In this document: positions 23,119 through 35,197 of the stretch, piece by piece
Position numbering within the stretch: position 1 is the stretch's first letter
How the letters are laid out: every line of letters begins with the position of its first letter
The notes under the pieces: model-generated
Databases searched by the model: none
The model's input: only the letters and a program-made list of their open reading frames with translations
Told to the model about the DNA's origin: nothing
Position numbers and translations under genes: made by a program
Assembly (NCBI RefSeq): GCF_006345805.1
Contig: NC_043013.1
Coordinates: 45,260,001-45,324,000 of the forward strand
From: Octopus sinensis
Taxonomy: Eukaryota
Direction of reading: 5' to 3'
DNA length: 64,000 nucleotides

Positions 23119-25478
23119 GTGAGTTGATTTGTGCTTATATAACTAATCTTTACATCTCTTGAAGATGTTTTATCCTTCTTGTAGACTTCTCTTCTAAATC
23201 TGTAAACTTTTATTCAGTTTCCCTTTCAGCATGTTCATCCAAAGTCGTCACTTAACAATAATTGTCAACAGATTCACCAGAGACACTCGCACGTGTGTGT
23301 GTTCGTTAAATTACATGTCATAATTCCTGTATAATAATTCATTTATCCCGTTCCCAGAAAACTCAGGCTTCGTTGTTAAAACTAAATTTCTCCACGGACA
23401 ACCTTGGTAGGTCACAGAACATTTAAAGGGAGGTAAGGGCCAATGTGTACTCTAAAAGCTGAAGTCTGTGTACTTCTGCTTAAAGAATTATATAACCACT
23501 TCGAAATGAACCCTTTATGCTCAGAGGGTCCGTGTAGGTAATTCCTGATAACGTTACTGTTGTAGACGCGGTGACGATTGCCACTTTAGATGTAACAGAA
23601 AGATTCGTGGATTTGGATGGTTACTCAACCCATTAAGAATCTTCCCGGTCAAACTGAAGGGTCTGACCCGGGCATAAAAACAACAACAACAACAAAATAG
23701 TGTAATAGGTGTAAAACAACTTGCTCTAAACGAATATGACAAAAAAAAGTGCGCCTTTAGTTTGACCATCTTCCCCAAATTAAATCCTACTTTCTCGAAG
23801 CGCGAAAGGCACATTAGTTAACGTAGTCCTAGATATGCAGTGCCTGGAGGAAGATGAAATGGCCATGACAATTTTGATGATAGATTTGCTCAGTCAAAGA
23901 TGACGTGTGTACATTGGAATCGACAACAGAAGGACAAAAAAATGTAAAGAAAACTTAAGGCATCACACAAAATATTTTAATATGTTCCGTCTCTTTGCGA
24001 TCTGAGTTCAACTCCTACCGATGTCAACCTTGCCCTTCGTCCTTCCAAATCAATAAAATAAAGTACCACTCAAGTATGGGGGTTGATGTAATAAACAATA
24101 CCACCACCACCAAACTCTGTGACCTTGTGCCTCTGTTAAAAGCTTCAAGTTTTTACATTTGTTTGTCATTCTGTTGTGTTGACTCGAATGGGCATGAAAT
24201 AGTATGCTATGGTGTACAAATAAGTAATGAAACTTTTGGAATAGTTAAGCATAAACAATTTATTAATAAATTGTATTTAGAATCATGAACATAGGCGCAG
24301 GTGTGGCTGTGTGGTAAGTAGCTTGCTTACCAACCACATGGTTCTGGGTTCAGTCCCACTACGTAGCACCTTGGGCAAGTGTCTTCTACTATAGCCTCGG
24401 GCCGACCAAAGCCTTGTAAGTGGATTTGGTAGACAGAAACTGAAAGAAGCCCGTCGTATATATGTGTGTGTGAGTGAGTTTGTGTGTCTATGTTTGTCCC
24501 CCGACATCACTTGACAACCGATGCTGGTGTGTTTACATACCCATATCTTAGCGGTTCAGCAGAAGAGACCGATAGAACAAGTACTAGGCTAACAAAGAAT
24601 AAGTCCTAGGGTCGATTTGCTCGATTAAAAGGCGGTGCTTCAGCATGGGTACAGTCAAATGACTGAAACAAATAAAAGAATAGGGAAATAGGACACCAGG
24701 GAGCCCAAGAATATCTGAAAAAATCAAGATACATATGTAACAAATAACTTACTACATTCTAAGCCAGATTTGAACCAAATCTAAATTTTTGCTATTGTTC
24801 TCGGCTTTTGCACTTTGAAATTTATGGAAGTCAACTGTTACACTTAGTTAAGTTCTATTGTTTAAGTTAACATTCTAAGATTAAATACAGTTTGAGAGAT
24901 GTAAACTCACTACTTTCCTACATCAACCATTCCAACATATATAAATACTGAAAACGAATCCAGTTCTTCTTTCCTTCTTTTGGTACCAGTGGAGGAACCA
25001 TCTTATGCAAGAGACTACACAGCTCCTATCCTCTCTAATGCCTAAATTCTCTTGCTCTTTCTCTCTCTCCTTTTTTCCATCAGCCTTCTCACACTCAACA
25101 AAAGATGAAGTTAACAGAATGGATAACAGAACAGCAAATAATTAGCGTTTAACAACAGCTCAAAGAAGTTGCATCTTACATTGTAACAATGATAATAAAG
25201 GGACGTTTCAAAAAATAATATTTTCTCCCTCTTTTATTTCTAAGTGCAAAAGCCAGGAACACTAGGAAAAGAACTTGTAGAAAAATGTAGATTCAGTTTC
25301 AAATCCTGGCTTAGAATTTAGAAAGATATTTACTATATATAGAAATTGAATTGAATTGTTCACCCAGGTACTGTGTGTAGTTACTCTTAAACAGTTACCA
25401 GTTTATGAAAATAAAGTGGCAATATTTGTATAAATGCATTTTCTTTAAATATCAGTTTTCTTTTTCTTTTAATTTAAG

Positions 25479-25628
25479 GGCCTATATCAGTCTCCATCCT
25501 ATCTCTACATGAAAGATCAGTTCCATAAATCAAGTGTAACCAGCGAAAAATATTGTCGTAGTAAAACAGATCTTCAGTATCAAGCAATGACATACCTTAC
25601 TTTTCTGCAAAGTTCTCGGCTACTCCAG
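25479..25628 (+). CDS. FMC1: FMC1 coding exon 2: GLYQSPSYLYMKDQFHKSSVTSEKYCRSKTDLQYQAMTYLTFLQSSRLLQ
   Basis: Polypyrimidine tract plus TTTAAG acceptor, CAG|GTAAGT donor, 150 nt. The VTSEK-x-CR and QA-x-TYL motifs match FMC1. Confidence 0.95.
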
Positions 25629-28600
25629 GTAAGTTACCAAAATAAATATTATTTACATTAGAATGAGATGTGCATCACCATCATCATCATTATCATCATA
25701 AAATCCACTTTTCCATGCTTGCTTAGGTTGGTCAGTTTTATTTGATCTGTGGTCTGGACAAATTTTCTACAGCTGAATGCCCTTCCTGTCACCAATCCTC
25801 ACCTGTTTCCAAGCAAAGTAATACTTTAGCATGGCTTAGACATAGTCTCACAGAACATTGGCAGCAGATGACACTACTTATCAAAAGCTAAAATGATGCA
25901 AAACGCATTATGACCAGTGGTGTACGACACCATTTGACTAGTCTGGTTGATCAAATGATCGTTTGTTTCAGTCAGGGAGGGAAGGGTAGTCATCATTATC
26001 ATCATCATCATCGTTTAATGTCCATTCTCCATGCTAGCATGGGTTGGACGGTTCAACTGGGGTCTGGGAAGCCAGAAGGCTGCACCAGGCTCCAGTCTGA
26101 TCTGGCAGTGTTTCTACAGCTGGATGCCCTTCCTAATGCCAACCACTCTGGGAGGGTAGTAGGAGCTTTTTACGTGCCACCTGCACAGGAAAATGTAGTG
26201 CCAAGGAAAATTTTTTTCTCCAGACACCTTGAGATTTGGTGGCTGGAAGAGAGGAAATAATCAAATAATCCTCAAGACAAAGACATGGGTGCTTGTAATG
26301 GTAATCTCTATTAAGGGCACCTGAGTACCAGATGGTGTTAAACTGGGGAGTGGATTATGCCTACCACCTGAGAACTTTGAATGCAAAGAAATGTAACAAA
26401 CACTGCAAAGATTTTTGTTTGATGCTTTGACAATTCAACTAATCCAATACCATGGAATGGTGCTTTGTTTTATCAGCCCTCAAAGGATGAAAGTCAAGGT
26501 TGGTTTCTGTGGGATTTGAACTCAGAGGGAAGAGAGCCAGAACAGATACTACTATGTATTTTGTCCTATGCTCTAATGACTCTGCCAGTTTACTGCCTAA
26601 AACAAATTTAATTCTTCAGCATTCAGATTATTCTGTCAAATGTAAAGCTTATTTATTCATTACTTTGCACCTGATCGTTGTGGTGCACCTGAGCACTGTA
26701 TACAATAATTTCATTATTATTATTTAATCATACGTTATCTCATAACTTCAGGATTTCAATAATGAGATTGTTTAGTTTTAGAATGATATTGTAGGGTAGG
26801 TGTATCAGGCCGGATCTAGTCAGTTGAACATAGAACAGGTAGAATATTTTATCCAGGTGCAGCCAGTTTAGATGTTACAGATTGCAACTTTGATTAAAAT
26901 GTAGAAATGATGACTCTCAGTAGATTCCTTTCATTCATGTAATTGTTGTCAGAAATTGTAGTCAAGGCGATGAGCTGGCAGAAACGTTAACACGCCAAGC
27001 GAAATGCTTAGCGGTATTTTGTCTGTGCTTACATTCTGAGTTCAACTTCCTCTGAGGTCGACTTTGCCTTTCATCCTTTCGGGGTCAATAAATTAAGTAC
27101 CAGTTATGCACTGGGGTTGATATAATCAACTTAATCTGTTTGTCCCCTCTGTGTTTAGTTCCTTGTGGGTAGTAAAGAAATAGGTATTTCGTCTGTGCTT
27201 ACATTCTGAGTTCAAATTCCGCCAAGGTTGACTTTGCCTTTCATCCTTTCGGGGTCGATAAATTAAGTACCAGTTGTGTACTGGGGTAGATCTAATCGAC
27301 TGGACCCTCTCCAAAAATTTTAGGCTTTGTGCCTAGAGTAGAAAAAGTAATTGTAGTCAGGAAATGACCTTACTTGTTGATGATAATAACTGACACTGAA
27401 AAGTGAAGGCCATTCATCACCAAATAGATAAGTTATTCAACTGTATCTCTCCCATTTTACAAAACCTTTTGTGCTCTAAAAAAGAAGGTATTTAACAGGG
27501 TGCATCATTTAGCTTGGTGGCAGGAACTAACATTCTCATTCTCAGCATTTCTGTCAAACTAAAATATTGCCTGGAATTCATCATCTAACATCTGCTTTCC
27601 ATGCTGGCATGGGTTGGATGGTTTGACTGAAAACTGGTAAGCTGGGGAGCTGCCCCAGATTCCATTTGAGCATTGAGGTTGCTTAATTGACTTAACCCCT
27701 TCTCCGAAAATACTGGCCTTGTGCTGAAATTTGAAACCAATATCACTTTTATTTTATGCTAACATAAAGAAGAAAAAGCCTGCAAATTACTCCTGTGAAT
27801 TGGTATAAACATCCTGCAAATTTCTTTTGAGAGATTCCCATTACTATTTGTTTGGGCAATGCACTGCATTGGATCACTCCTAAAGAGTTCATCTTCATGT
27901 AGTGTATCTATAAAAACCCAATCTGTCAGAATCTCTATCCTTCCTTGAGCTGTACTTGTAGTAGGATTTAAATTCAGTACTGCAAGTTAGAAAAATCCAC
28001 TACCGTCTACCAAATCCACTCACGAGGCTTTGGTCAAGGCTATAGTAGAAGACAGTTGTCCAAGGTGCCACGCTGTGGAATCAACCCGGGACCATGTGGT
28101 TGGTAAGCAAGCTACTTACCACACAGCCGCTCCTACGCCTATAGTGAAATATTATAATTGTATATATATTATTTATTCTCCCCATTTTTCGTTGAATGTA
28201 AACACAATGACTGTGCTTATTGCAGGTTTTACTAGCAACTGCCATTTTATACTCTGTGCCCCTTGTTCCCTCATTACCCCTGTTTTTTTTTTTTAACGCT
28301 TCTTACCGTGACTTGCCTTCTAGCGCCCCTCAGTGTCTAAATTAGTCATTTCTAAAGTTGACATTCCAGCCACGCACTCAGAGGGTGACAGTTCCCGCTT
28401 TAGGAATCAACACTTAGAAGTTTGTGATGTAATGTTCAAGGGAGATAACTTCAGCTAAACTGTTCACTTTTCCCCAACGTCTGTCATCTCCCCAAATAGA
28501 ACAATATATTCCTATAACAGTTTGTGTTTTTGCTTTGCAATTAGTATAATTCGTTGAATGTTTTAATCATGAATAAATTATGTTTATGTTCAGTAAAAGT

Positions 28601-29003
28601 ATTTATCATATTTAGAACCAAAACTGAAAGAACGTCACTTAGATATTATATTCTTGTGATATGTGATTTTGAGAAAGGAAACGGGATGCTGGCATCAAAT
28701 TATCCTTTCATCAGTGGCAGAAGCATCGTTGTTCATTTTCAATTACAACCAGTGGTCCGGGTACGAAATTTGCTAGGGGGCTGAAAACTGAAGTACAAAA
28801 TTTTTGATGAAAAACGAGGACTTTTTAAATATTAATATTAATACAAATGCAGGTATAATAATTACAGAGATGTACTTGCATAGCGAGTGACTTGATCTGA
28901 GATCGTGTGCTGAAACGAAAACAATTGCAGCGTGGAAGGTGTTTATAATCCATTTAAGAAACACACAAAACCGTTTTAGATTCGCTTCAACATTTAAATT
29001 TAA

Positions 29004-29054
29004 TTTGTCAAAATATTTTCGTCGCTTTGAGACTGCGACCTGTTCACTGACAAA
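29004..29054 (-). ncRNA. Candidate minimal type I hammerhead ribozyme, G3-C8 core variant (copy 1)
   Basis: Minus strand reads UUUGUCA-GUGAACA-G-GUCGC-AGUCUCAAA-GCGAC-GAAA-AUAUUU-UGACAAA. Perfect stem I (7 bp) and stem II (5 bp), palindromic stem III AAUAUU, NUH triplet UUU. Confidence 0.6.
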
Positions 29055-29077
29055 ACTTCTGAGATGCATCACGATGC

Positions 29078-29128
29078 TTTGTCAGTGAACAGGTCGCAAT
29101 CTCAAAGCAACGAAAATATTTTGACAAA
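29078..29128 (+). ncRNA. Candidate minimal hammerhead, G3-C8 variant (copy 2, inverted partner of copy 1)
   Basis: Same motif, with one C-A mismatch in stem II (GUCGC/GCAAC). Sense to FMC1 intron 2. Confidence 0.5.
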
Positions 29129-29279
29129 TTAAATGTAAATGTTGAAGCGAATCTAAAACGGTTTTTGTGTGTTTCTTAAAAGGTATAATAGTAATTTTTT
29201 ATTATTATGAGAGTCAGCTGAAATGCTCATAGGCTGAGCAAGACACTCTCATAGTTCCTCTAACTGTCCACACACTTCC

Positions 29280-30770
29280 ATCAGTAGTTGCAGTGCTTGA
29301 ATCACACTGGTGAAGGCATTATCCTGTTGGTCGAAATAGTTGTCAATGCAGATAAGACGTGGTGATCACAGTGATACTGGTGCCCAGCTGAGTGTTTTTT
29401 TTTTATGTTGGGAAACAGACGATAGTCAGATAGAACCAAATCACTAAAATAGGGAGGGTGATCAACCAGTTCAAAGCCAGTCAAGCACAGCAATCATTAA
29501 AACAAAGGACCCCCTTCATAAGTTTTTCTGGGTGTTTGGTCTTAATGGCCTTTCATAATTGCCTTAGCAAGTTGGCATAGAACTTTCCATTGATGGTGTG
29601 ATCATTTTGAAGATAGTCAATAAACCCAATACCTTTTGCATTCCAAAACACTGAGGCCATCACCTTCCCTGCAGATGAAACGACCTTGCCTTCTTTGGAG
29701 TAAGTGAAGAGGAGTGCTTCCATTGCACAGATTGCCTGTTTGTATAAGTTGGCGAGCTGGCAGAATCATTAGCACACCAGGCAAAATGCTTAGCGGTATC
29801 TCGTCTGTCTATATGTTCTGAGTTCAAATTCCCCCAAGGTCAACTTTGCCTTTCATTTTTTTGGGGTCGATAAATTAAGTACCTATTTCTTTACTACCCA
29901 CAAGAAGCTAAACACAGAGAGGACAAACAAGGACAGACAAACGGATTAAGTCGATTATATCGACCCCAGTGCGTAACAGGTACTTAATTTATCGACCCCG
30001 AAAGGATGAAAGGCAAAGTTGACCATGGCAGAATTTGAACTCAGAACGTAACGGCAGACGAAATACTACTTAGCATTTCGCCCAGCGTGCTAACGCTTCT
30101 GCCAGCTCGTCGCCTTGCAATAAATTAAGTACCAGTTACGCACTGTGGTCGATGTAATCGACTTAATCCGTTTGTCTGTCCTTGTTTGTCCCCTCTATGT
30201 TTAGCCCCATGTGGGCAATAAAGAAATAAGATTGCCTCTTTGTTTCTGGTTCGAAGCGATCAAGCCAACTCACATCCTAGGTTAGGAATCGTTCAAAGAA
30301 ACAAGCTGGATCTGCCTCAAAGAATGTCAGATATTCCCTTAATGTAATCAGCCTGGTTTGCTTTTGATCAAGTGTCAGAAGACGTGGCACTCATCAAGCA
30401 GAAACTTTTGTCATGCTAAGTTCATTGTTCAGAATATTCTAAACTCTCTCATGGGATATGCTAATAACATTGACTATTTGCTTTATAGTCAATCGCTTGC
30501 CATTCGCCACCATGTGGTGAACACAATCAATGTTTTCCTCAGTGGTGACAGCTGCAGGATGTCCAGACCATGGAACTTCTCAAGACTCTCTCTTCCCCTG
30601 CTAAATCCAGCTGCTACTTTTGCACTGTTGATAAAGCTGGAGCATCACCCCCTGATGTATCAACCATGCCAGCATGAATATTCTTGAGAGTTAAACCTTT
30701 TTTCTGCAGAGACTTGATTACGACATGATGCCAAATTTTGTTGATTTTCAAGAGAAGTTGCTAACAAACT
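29280..30770 (-). mobile_element. Decayed mariner transposase, interrupted by SINEs at about 29750-30230
   Basis: FELVDHPPYFSDLVLSDYRLFPNIKK (ORF 29302..29493) is the mariner HPPYSPDLAPSD motif. N-terminal remnants at 30360-30700. Confidence 0.8.
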
Positions 30771-30995
30771 GCCGGCATCAGTTGTTAGTTGTCGGAGCAC
30801 TGCATCCTTCAAAACTTCCATGCTTTCCGAGATTCGCCAACACTACACCTGATTTTCTCCCCTCCATACACACGCAAGCATGTATCTGATTCATACTGTT
30901 CGTTTTCCAGACATTTGTACATAACTGCATGTACTTTATATGAACTTTCTGACAAGTTGTGGTGCACCTGAGCACTGTATACAATAATTTCATTA
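30745..30995 (+). mobile_element. CR1-type LINE 3' end
   Basis: Matches the reverse complement of 40280-40545. Encodes NKLPASVVSCRSTASFK. A shorter tail is at about 26670-26715. Confidence 0.7.
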
Positions 30996-31489
30996 TTTAT
31001 TTATTATTTTTATAGTTATATTTGAAGTTTCTATGAATAATCAGGCGTCAGTTTACCTGGAAAGAAATAATGCAGTTATTAATAAGAAGTTTTGAAAAGT
31101 GCTGGGCATTTTCACTAAGTCAGCAGGTTTTGAAATCTTGAAAGAGATTCAAGTAGTAGGGATACTAAACAGTAATGTGGGGCAATGTAACTGACTTACT
31201 CCCTCCCCCAAATTTGCTGGCTTTGTGTCAAAATTTGAGATAAAGGTGGCTAGGTAGCAGAATTGTTAGCACACAAGGCAAAATGCTTAGTGGCATTTCA
31301 TCTGTCTTCATGTTCTGAGTTCACATTCTGTTGAGGTCAACTTTGCCTTTCATCCTTTCGAGGTCAATAAAATAAGTACCAGTTGAGTACTGGGGGTTGA
31401 TGTAATCAACTTAACCTTTCCATGAACTTGCTGGCCTTGTTCCAAAATTCGAAACCAATATGATGTCTTTCTATGTGTGTAGTTGATAT

Positions 31490-31830
31490 CTTGTGGTTAG
31501 AGCGTCAAGCTTACGATCGTGAGGTTGTGAGCTCGAATCCCGGACCGGGCTGCGTGTTGTGTTCTTGAGCAAGACACTTTATTTCACGTTGCTCCAGTTC
31601 ACTCAGCTGTAGAAATGAGTTGCGACGTCACAGGTGCCAAGCTGTATCAGCCCCTTTGCCTTTCCCTTGGACAACATCGGTGACGTGGAGAGATGAGGCT
31701 GGTATGCATGGGCGACTGCTGGTCTTCCATTAAAAAAAAAAAAAAAAAAACCTTGCCCAGACTTGTGCCTCAGAGGGTAACTCTCTAGGTGCAAACCCAT
31801 GGTCAGTGTCTGACCGAAGGGGGTCACCAG
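31490..31830 (+). mobile_element. tRNA-derived SINE of a further family, in FMC1 intron 2
   Basis: GTGGTTAGAGCG...CTCGAATCCCGG head followed by GTGTTCTTGAGCAAGACACTT central domain. Confidence 0.65.
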
Positions 31831-31960
31831 TATTGAATGAGTGTTTCATTGTAATTCTTTTATAAGTAGTGAGTATAAGTTAAAACAATATTGTTAAATG
31901 CAGTAATTTGTTTTTTTGACAATTTAAGTGATGTTTACATTTTGTTTTTTGACTTTGTAG

Positions 31961-32062
31961 GAGGTGACAGACATGTACAAAGGGGCTGGTGAAAGAAGTA
32001 TTGAAGCTAGTGCTGAACTAGTTGGTCTGAAGTTACCTAAGAATCATGTGCCTGAAACTTGA
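31961..32062 (+). CDS. FMC1: FMC1 coding exon 3: EVTDMYKGAGERSIEASAELVGLKLPKNHVPET*
   Basis: TTTGTAG acceptor, TGA at 32060-32062. The GERS-x-E-x-SA-x-LVGLKLP motif is characteristic of FMC1. Total protein 107 aa. Confidence 0.96.
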   Translation, partial: EVTDMYKGAGERSIEASAELVGLKLPKNHVPET

Positions 32063-32085
32063 ACTGGAATAAGGAAAGGACTTGG

Positions 32086-32238
32086 AATAAATTTTTTAAA
32101 ATAAAAAGAAAGAAAAAAAAGAGCAAGAAATTACAAAAATGAAAAAAAAAAATCAGTAAAAACAGACAATAATGAAAGATAATATTTTTGTTTTTAGTTA
32201 ATTTATTTTATTGTACGTGATCCCTCTTTGCAAATAAA
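32086..32238 (+). terminator. Candidate FMC1 polyadenylation signals
   Basis: AATAAA at 32086-32091 and 32233-32238, downstream of the stop codon. The A-rich tract at about 32098-32160 could cause internal priming. Confidence 0.5.
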
Positions 32239-32848
32239 TGCTATAGCTATTTTTAAAGTGATTGTTAAATAATTTTTACAATATTTGGAAATGATTGATT
32301 TACAACAATCACAGGCTTCTTTTAGTTTCCAAAATTAAAATCTGCTCATAAGGTCCACTCTAGGGTGCTTGGTGTTAGGGAGGATATCCAACTGTAAGAA
32401 CCATGCTAAAACAGACAACGAAGCCTAGTGCAGTATTCTGCTTAGCCAGCTCCTGTCAAACTGTCCAACCCATGCCAGCATGGAAAACGGATGTTAAATG
32501 ATGATGACGGTGATGATGACAGATGTAAAGCAATTGAAGTAAAGTCCAGGAGGATAAGTTGCTCCTCAAGCAGTGGCTCCCAACCTTTTTAATATCCAGG
32601 ATTCCTTTTTTCTAAATGGATTTTTTCCTGGACCCCCAAAAGCCTGTCTACTCAATAAGTCAATTTTATTAACTAATAACAAACCTATTCTCACAGTTTC
32701 AGCTCTAACTTGAAAGGTACAAATGACTGAATATTATAACTATGTAACTACGTGTTTTACACCACAACCTTATAATACAGTTCTATATTTAAGAGATGAG
32801 GAATTATGTACATTATTTACATTTATTAGATATTTGTCCACATCTTGT

Positions 32849-32904
32849 TTGTTGACACCTGAAGAAGGCTGGAGGGTATATCAGCCGAAACGTTGTGTTA
32901 ACAA
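32849..32904 (+). ncRNA. Minimal type I hammerhead ribozyme motif (Penelope-type)
   Basis: UUGUUGACAC-CUGAAGA-A-GGCUG-(10 nt)-CAGCC-GAAA-CGUU-GUGUUAACAA. 10-bp stem I with one G-U, 5-bp stem II, ACGU palindromic stem III, GUU triplet. Confidence 0.75.
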
Positions 32905-32949
32905 CAATGTACATAATTCCTCATCTCTTAAATATAGAGCTGTACCTAA

Positions 32950-34470
32950 ATATTCCATCAGCATGAAATTTGATTGGTTTTGAAGAAAAAAGTTGTCTAG
33001 ATACATTTTGATTCCATGAGTTCTGTAGAGACAAAAACAAGTGGTAGTCGGATGGTGCGTTTTGGGGGAATATGGTGAATGGGGTAAGAGATCCCAGTCA
33101 AGATCATGTAACTTTGTTCATGTAGCCAAAGACACATGTGGTCAGGCATTGTTTTGTTGGAACATTACCCCTTTCCTGTTGGCAATCTCTTTGAATTTCT
33201 GGTTGAAATTAGCCAGCTGATGACAGTACACATCAGAATTAATGGCCTGGTTTTGTGGGAGAAGATCATAATAAATAATGCCTTTATGATCCCACCAAAC
33301 ACAATGCATAGCTTTATTTAGCATAAATATTTGTCTTTGGGAGATGCTTATGCAAACTCCAGGATCTTTTTCACACTATGTTTTCGTATACAATCCATTT
33401 TTCATCTCCAATCACAAGCACCCATACATTCATCATCATCATCATCATCGTTTAACGTCCACTTTCCATGCTAGCATGGGTTGGATGATTTGAAAGAGGT
33501 CTGGCGAACCAGATGGCTGCACCAGGCTCCAATCTGATCTGGCAGAGTTTCTACAGCTGGATGCCCTGCCTAACACCAACTACTCCGAGAGTGTAGTGGG
33601 TTCTTTTACGTCCCACCAGCACGAGGGCCAGTTAGGCGATACTGGCAATGGCCACACTCAAATGGGGCTTTTTATGTGCCACCTGCAGAGGAGCCAGTCC
33701 AGCGGCACTGGCAACAACCTCACTCGAATGTTTTTTCATGTGCCATCAGCACATGTGCTAGTAAGGCGACGCAGGTAACGATCACACTCGAATGGTGTTT
33801 TTAATGTGCCATCGGCACGGAGGCCAGCTTGTTGCTCTGGCAACGATCTCACTCGTATGGTACTCTTAGTGCTCCACCTAGCAACAGATGCCAGTCACCG
33901 AGTTTGATTTTGATTTCGATTTCACTTGCCTCGACATTATAGTGAGAAATGTATCCTAGCTTCACTAGGTCTTCATGAGCCATACTTTTAGAAACTTTCA
34001 ACTCCTCTGTAAGTTCTCTAGTTGTGATATTTGAGTTTTCTTCAATTTTTGCCTTCAAAATATCTTCATCCAATTTTGAAGATTTTTCCACTGCAACCGT
34101 CACCTTCCAAGCTAAACTTCAGCTTTAAAATTTGCAAACCACCTTTGAACAGTTAATTCACCTGCAGCATCATCATCACCAAAAAACTTCACAAATGATT
34201 TTTGCAAGTCTTTGCAGCATTTCCTCCTCTTTTTTAAAAAAAGAAAAGTATTACAACTTGAATATGAAATTTCTGGTTATCCATTTCAAATGTCAATAAA
34301 TGGTAACCGGAATGAAAGATAATCTATTTCTAGTCAGGGACAAAGAAGAGATGTACTACCACTTCAAGCAAAGCAATGCCAACATTCTGTCTGTGTTATG
34401 CTTCAGGTGTGTTCAATGAAGCATTAAAAGATTTAACTTAAAAACACTCAGAACTTTCCGGACAACCTAA
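32950..34470 (-). mobile_element. Decayed mariner with 5' TIR, interrupted by a SINE at about 33430-33935
   Basis: TA|TTAGGTTGTCCGGAAAGTTCTGAG TIR at 34470. CVWWDHKGIIYYDLLPQNQAINSDVYC and LLPHSPYSP motifs. Confidence 0.85.
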
Positions 34471-34559
34471 TATATATATATATATATTGATAAAAATGGT
34501 AAATGGTAAGACAACAAAAGAATGAAAGAGACCTCGATATTATGTAACTAGAGGAATTT

Positions 34560-34786
34560 ATCTGTAAATGTAATATGTGACAATTATTCGGTAGCCATGA
34601 TAAAACTCCGAGTTTCGGATGCCGAGGTGGAAATCCAAGCCGCCATCTCTTCAGTTATCCGGCCATCGGAAGAATGCCAATGGCCGGATAACTGAAGAGT
34701 TGGCAGCATGGATTTCCACCTCGGCATCCGAAACTCGGAGTTTTATCATGGCTACCGAATAATTGTCACATATTACATTTACAGAT
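34560..34786. repeat. 107-bp-arm foldback (3 mismatches, 13-nt loop); each arm carries a hammerhead-like motif; probable Penelope-like element end
   Basis: Arms 34560-34666 and 34680-34786. CUGAAGA...GAAACUCGGAGUU-UUAUC on + (34687-34747) and on - (34599-34659). Flanked by (TA)n on both sides. Confidence 0.8.
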
Positions 34787-35098
34787 ATATATATATTATA
34801 TATCACCGTGACCAACCAGGCTATCAGATGTTGCTACACATCGCTGGTCACAATGCGTTTCGCATTGTTTTAGCCTTTTTAAATGACGCCACCCCTCTGG
34901 CTAAGTGAGCAGGCCAACAGAAGAAAGAGTGAGAGAAAATTGTGGCGAAAGAGTACAGCAGGGATTGCCACCACCCCCTGCCGGAGCCTCATGGAGCTTT
35001 AGGTGTTTTTGCTCAATAAACACTCGCAAAGCCTAGTCTAGGAATCGAAACCGTGATCCCATGACCGCGAGTCCGCTGCCCTAACCACTGGGCCATTG

Positions 35099-35197
<99 letters not shown>

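Larger units (their letters stand above)
28953..29180. repeat. Foldback with 102/103-bp arms (3 mismatches + 1 indel, 23-nt spacer) in FMC1 intron 2
   Basis: Arms 28953-29054 and 29078-29180 are reverse complements, read directly from the sequence. Confidence 0.9.

Noticed and set aside
28690-28716. CTGATGA on the minus strand
   Set aside because: No stem II or GAAA downstream, so a chance 7-mer.
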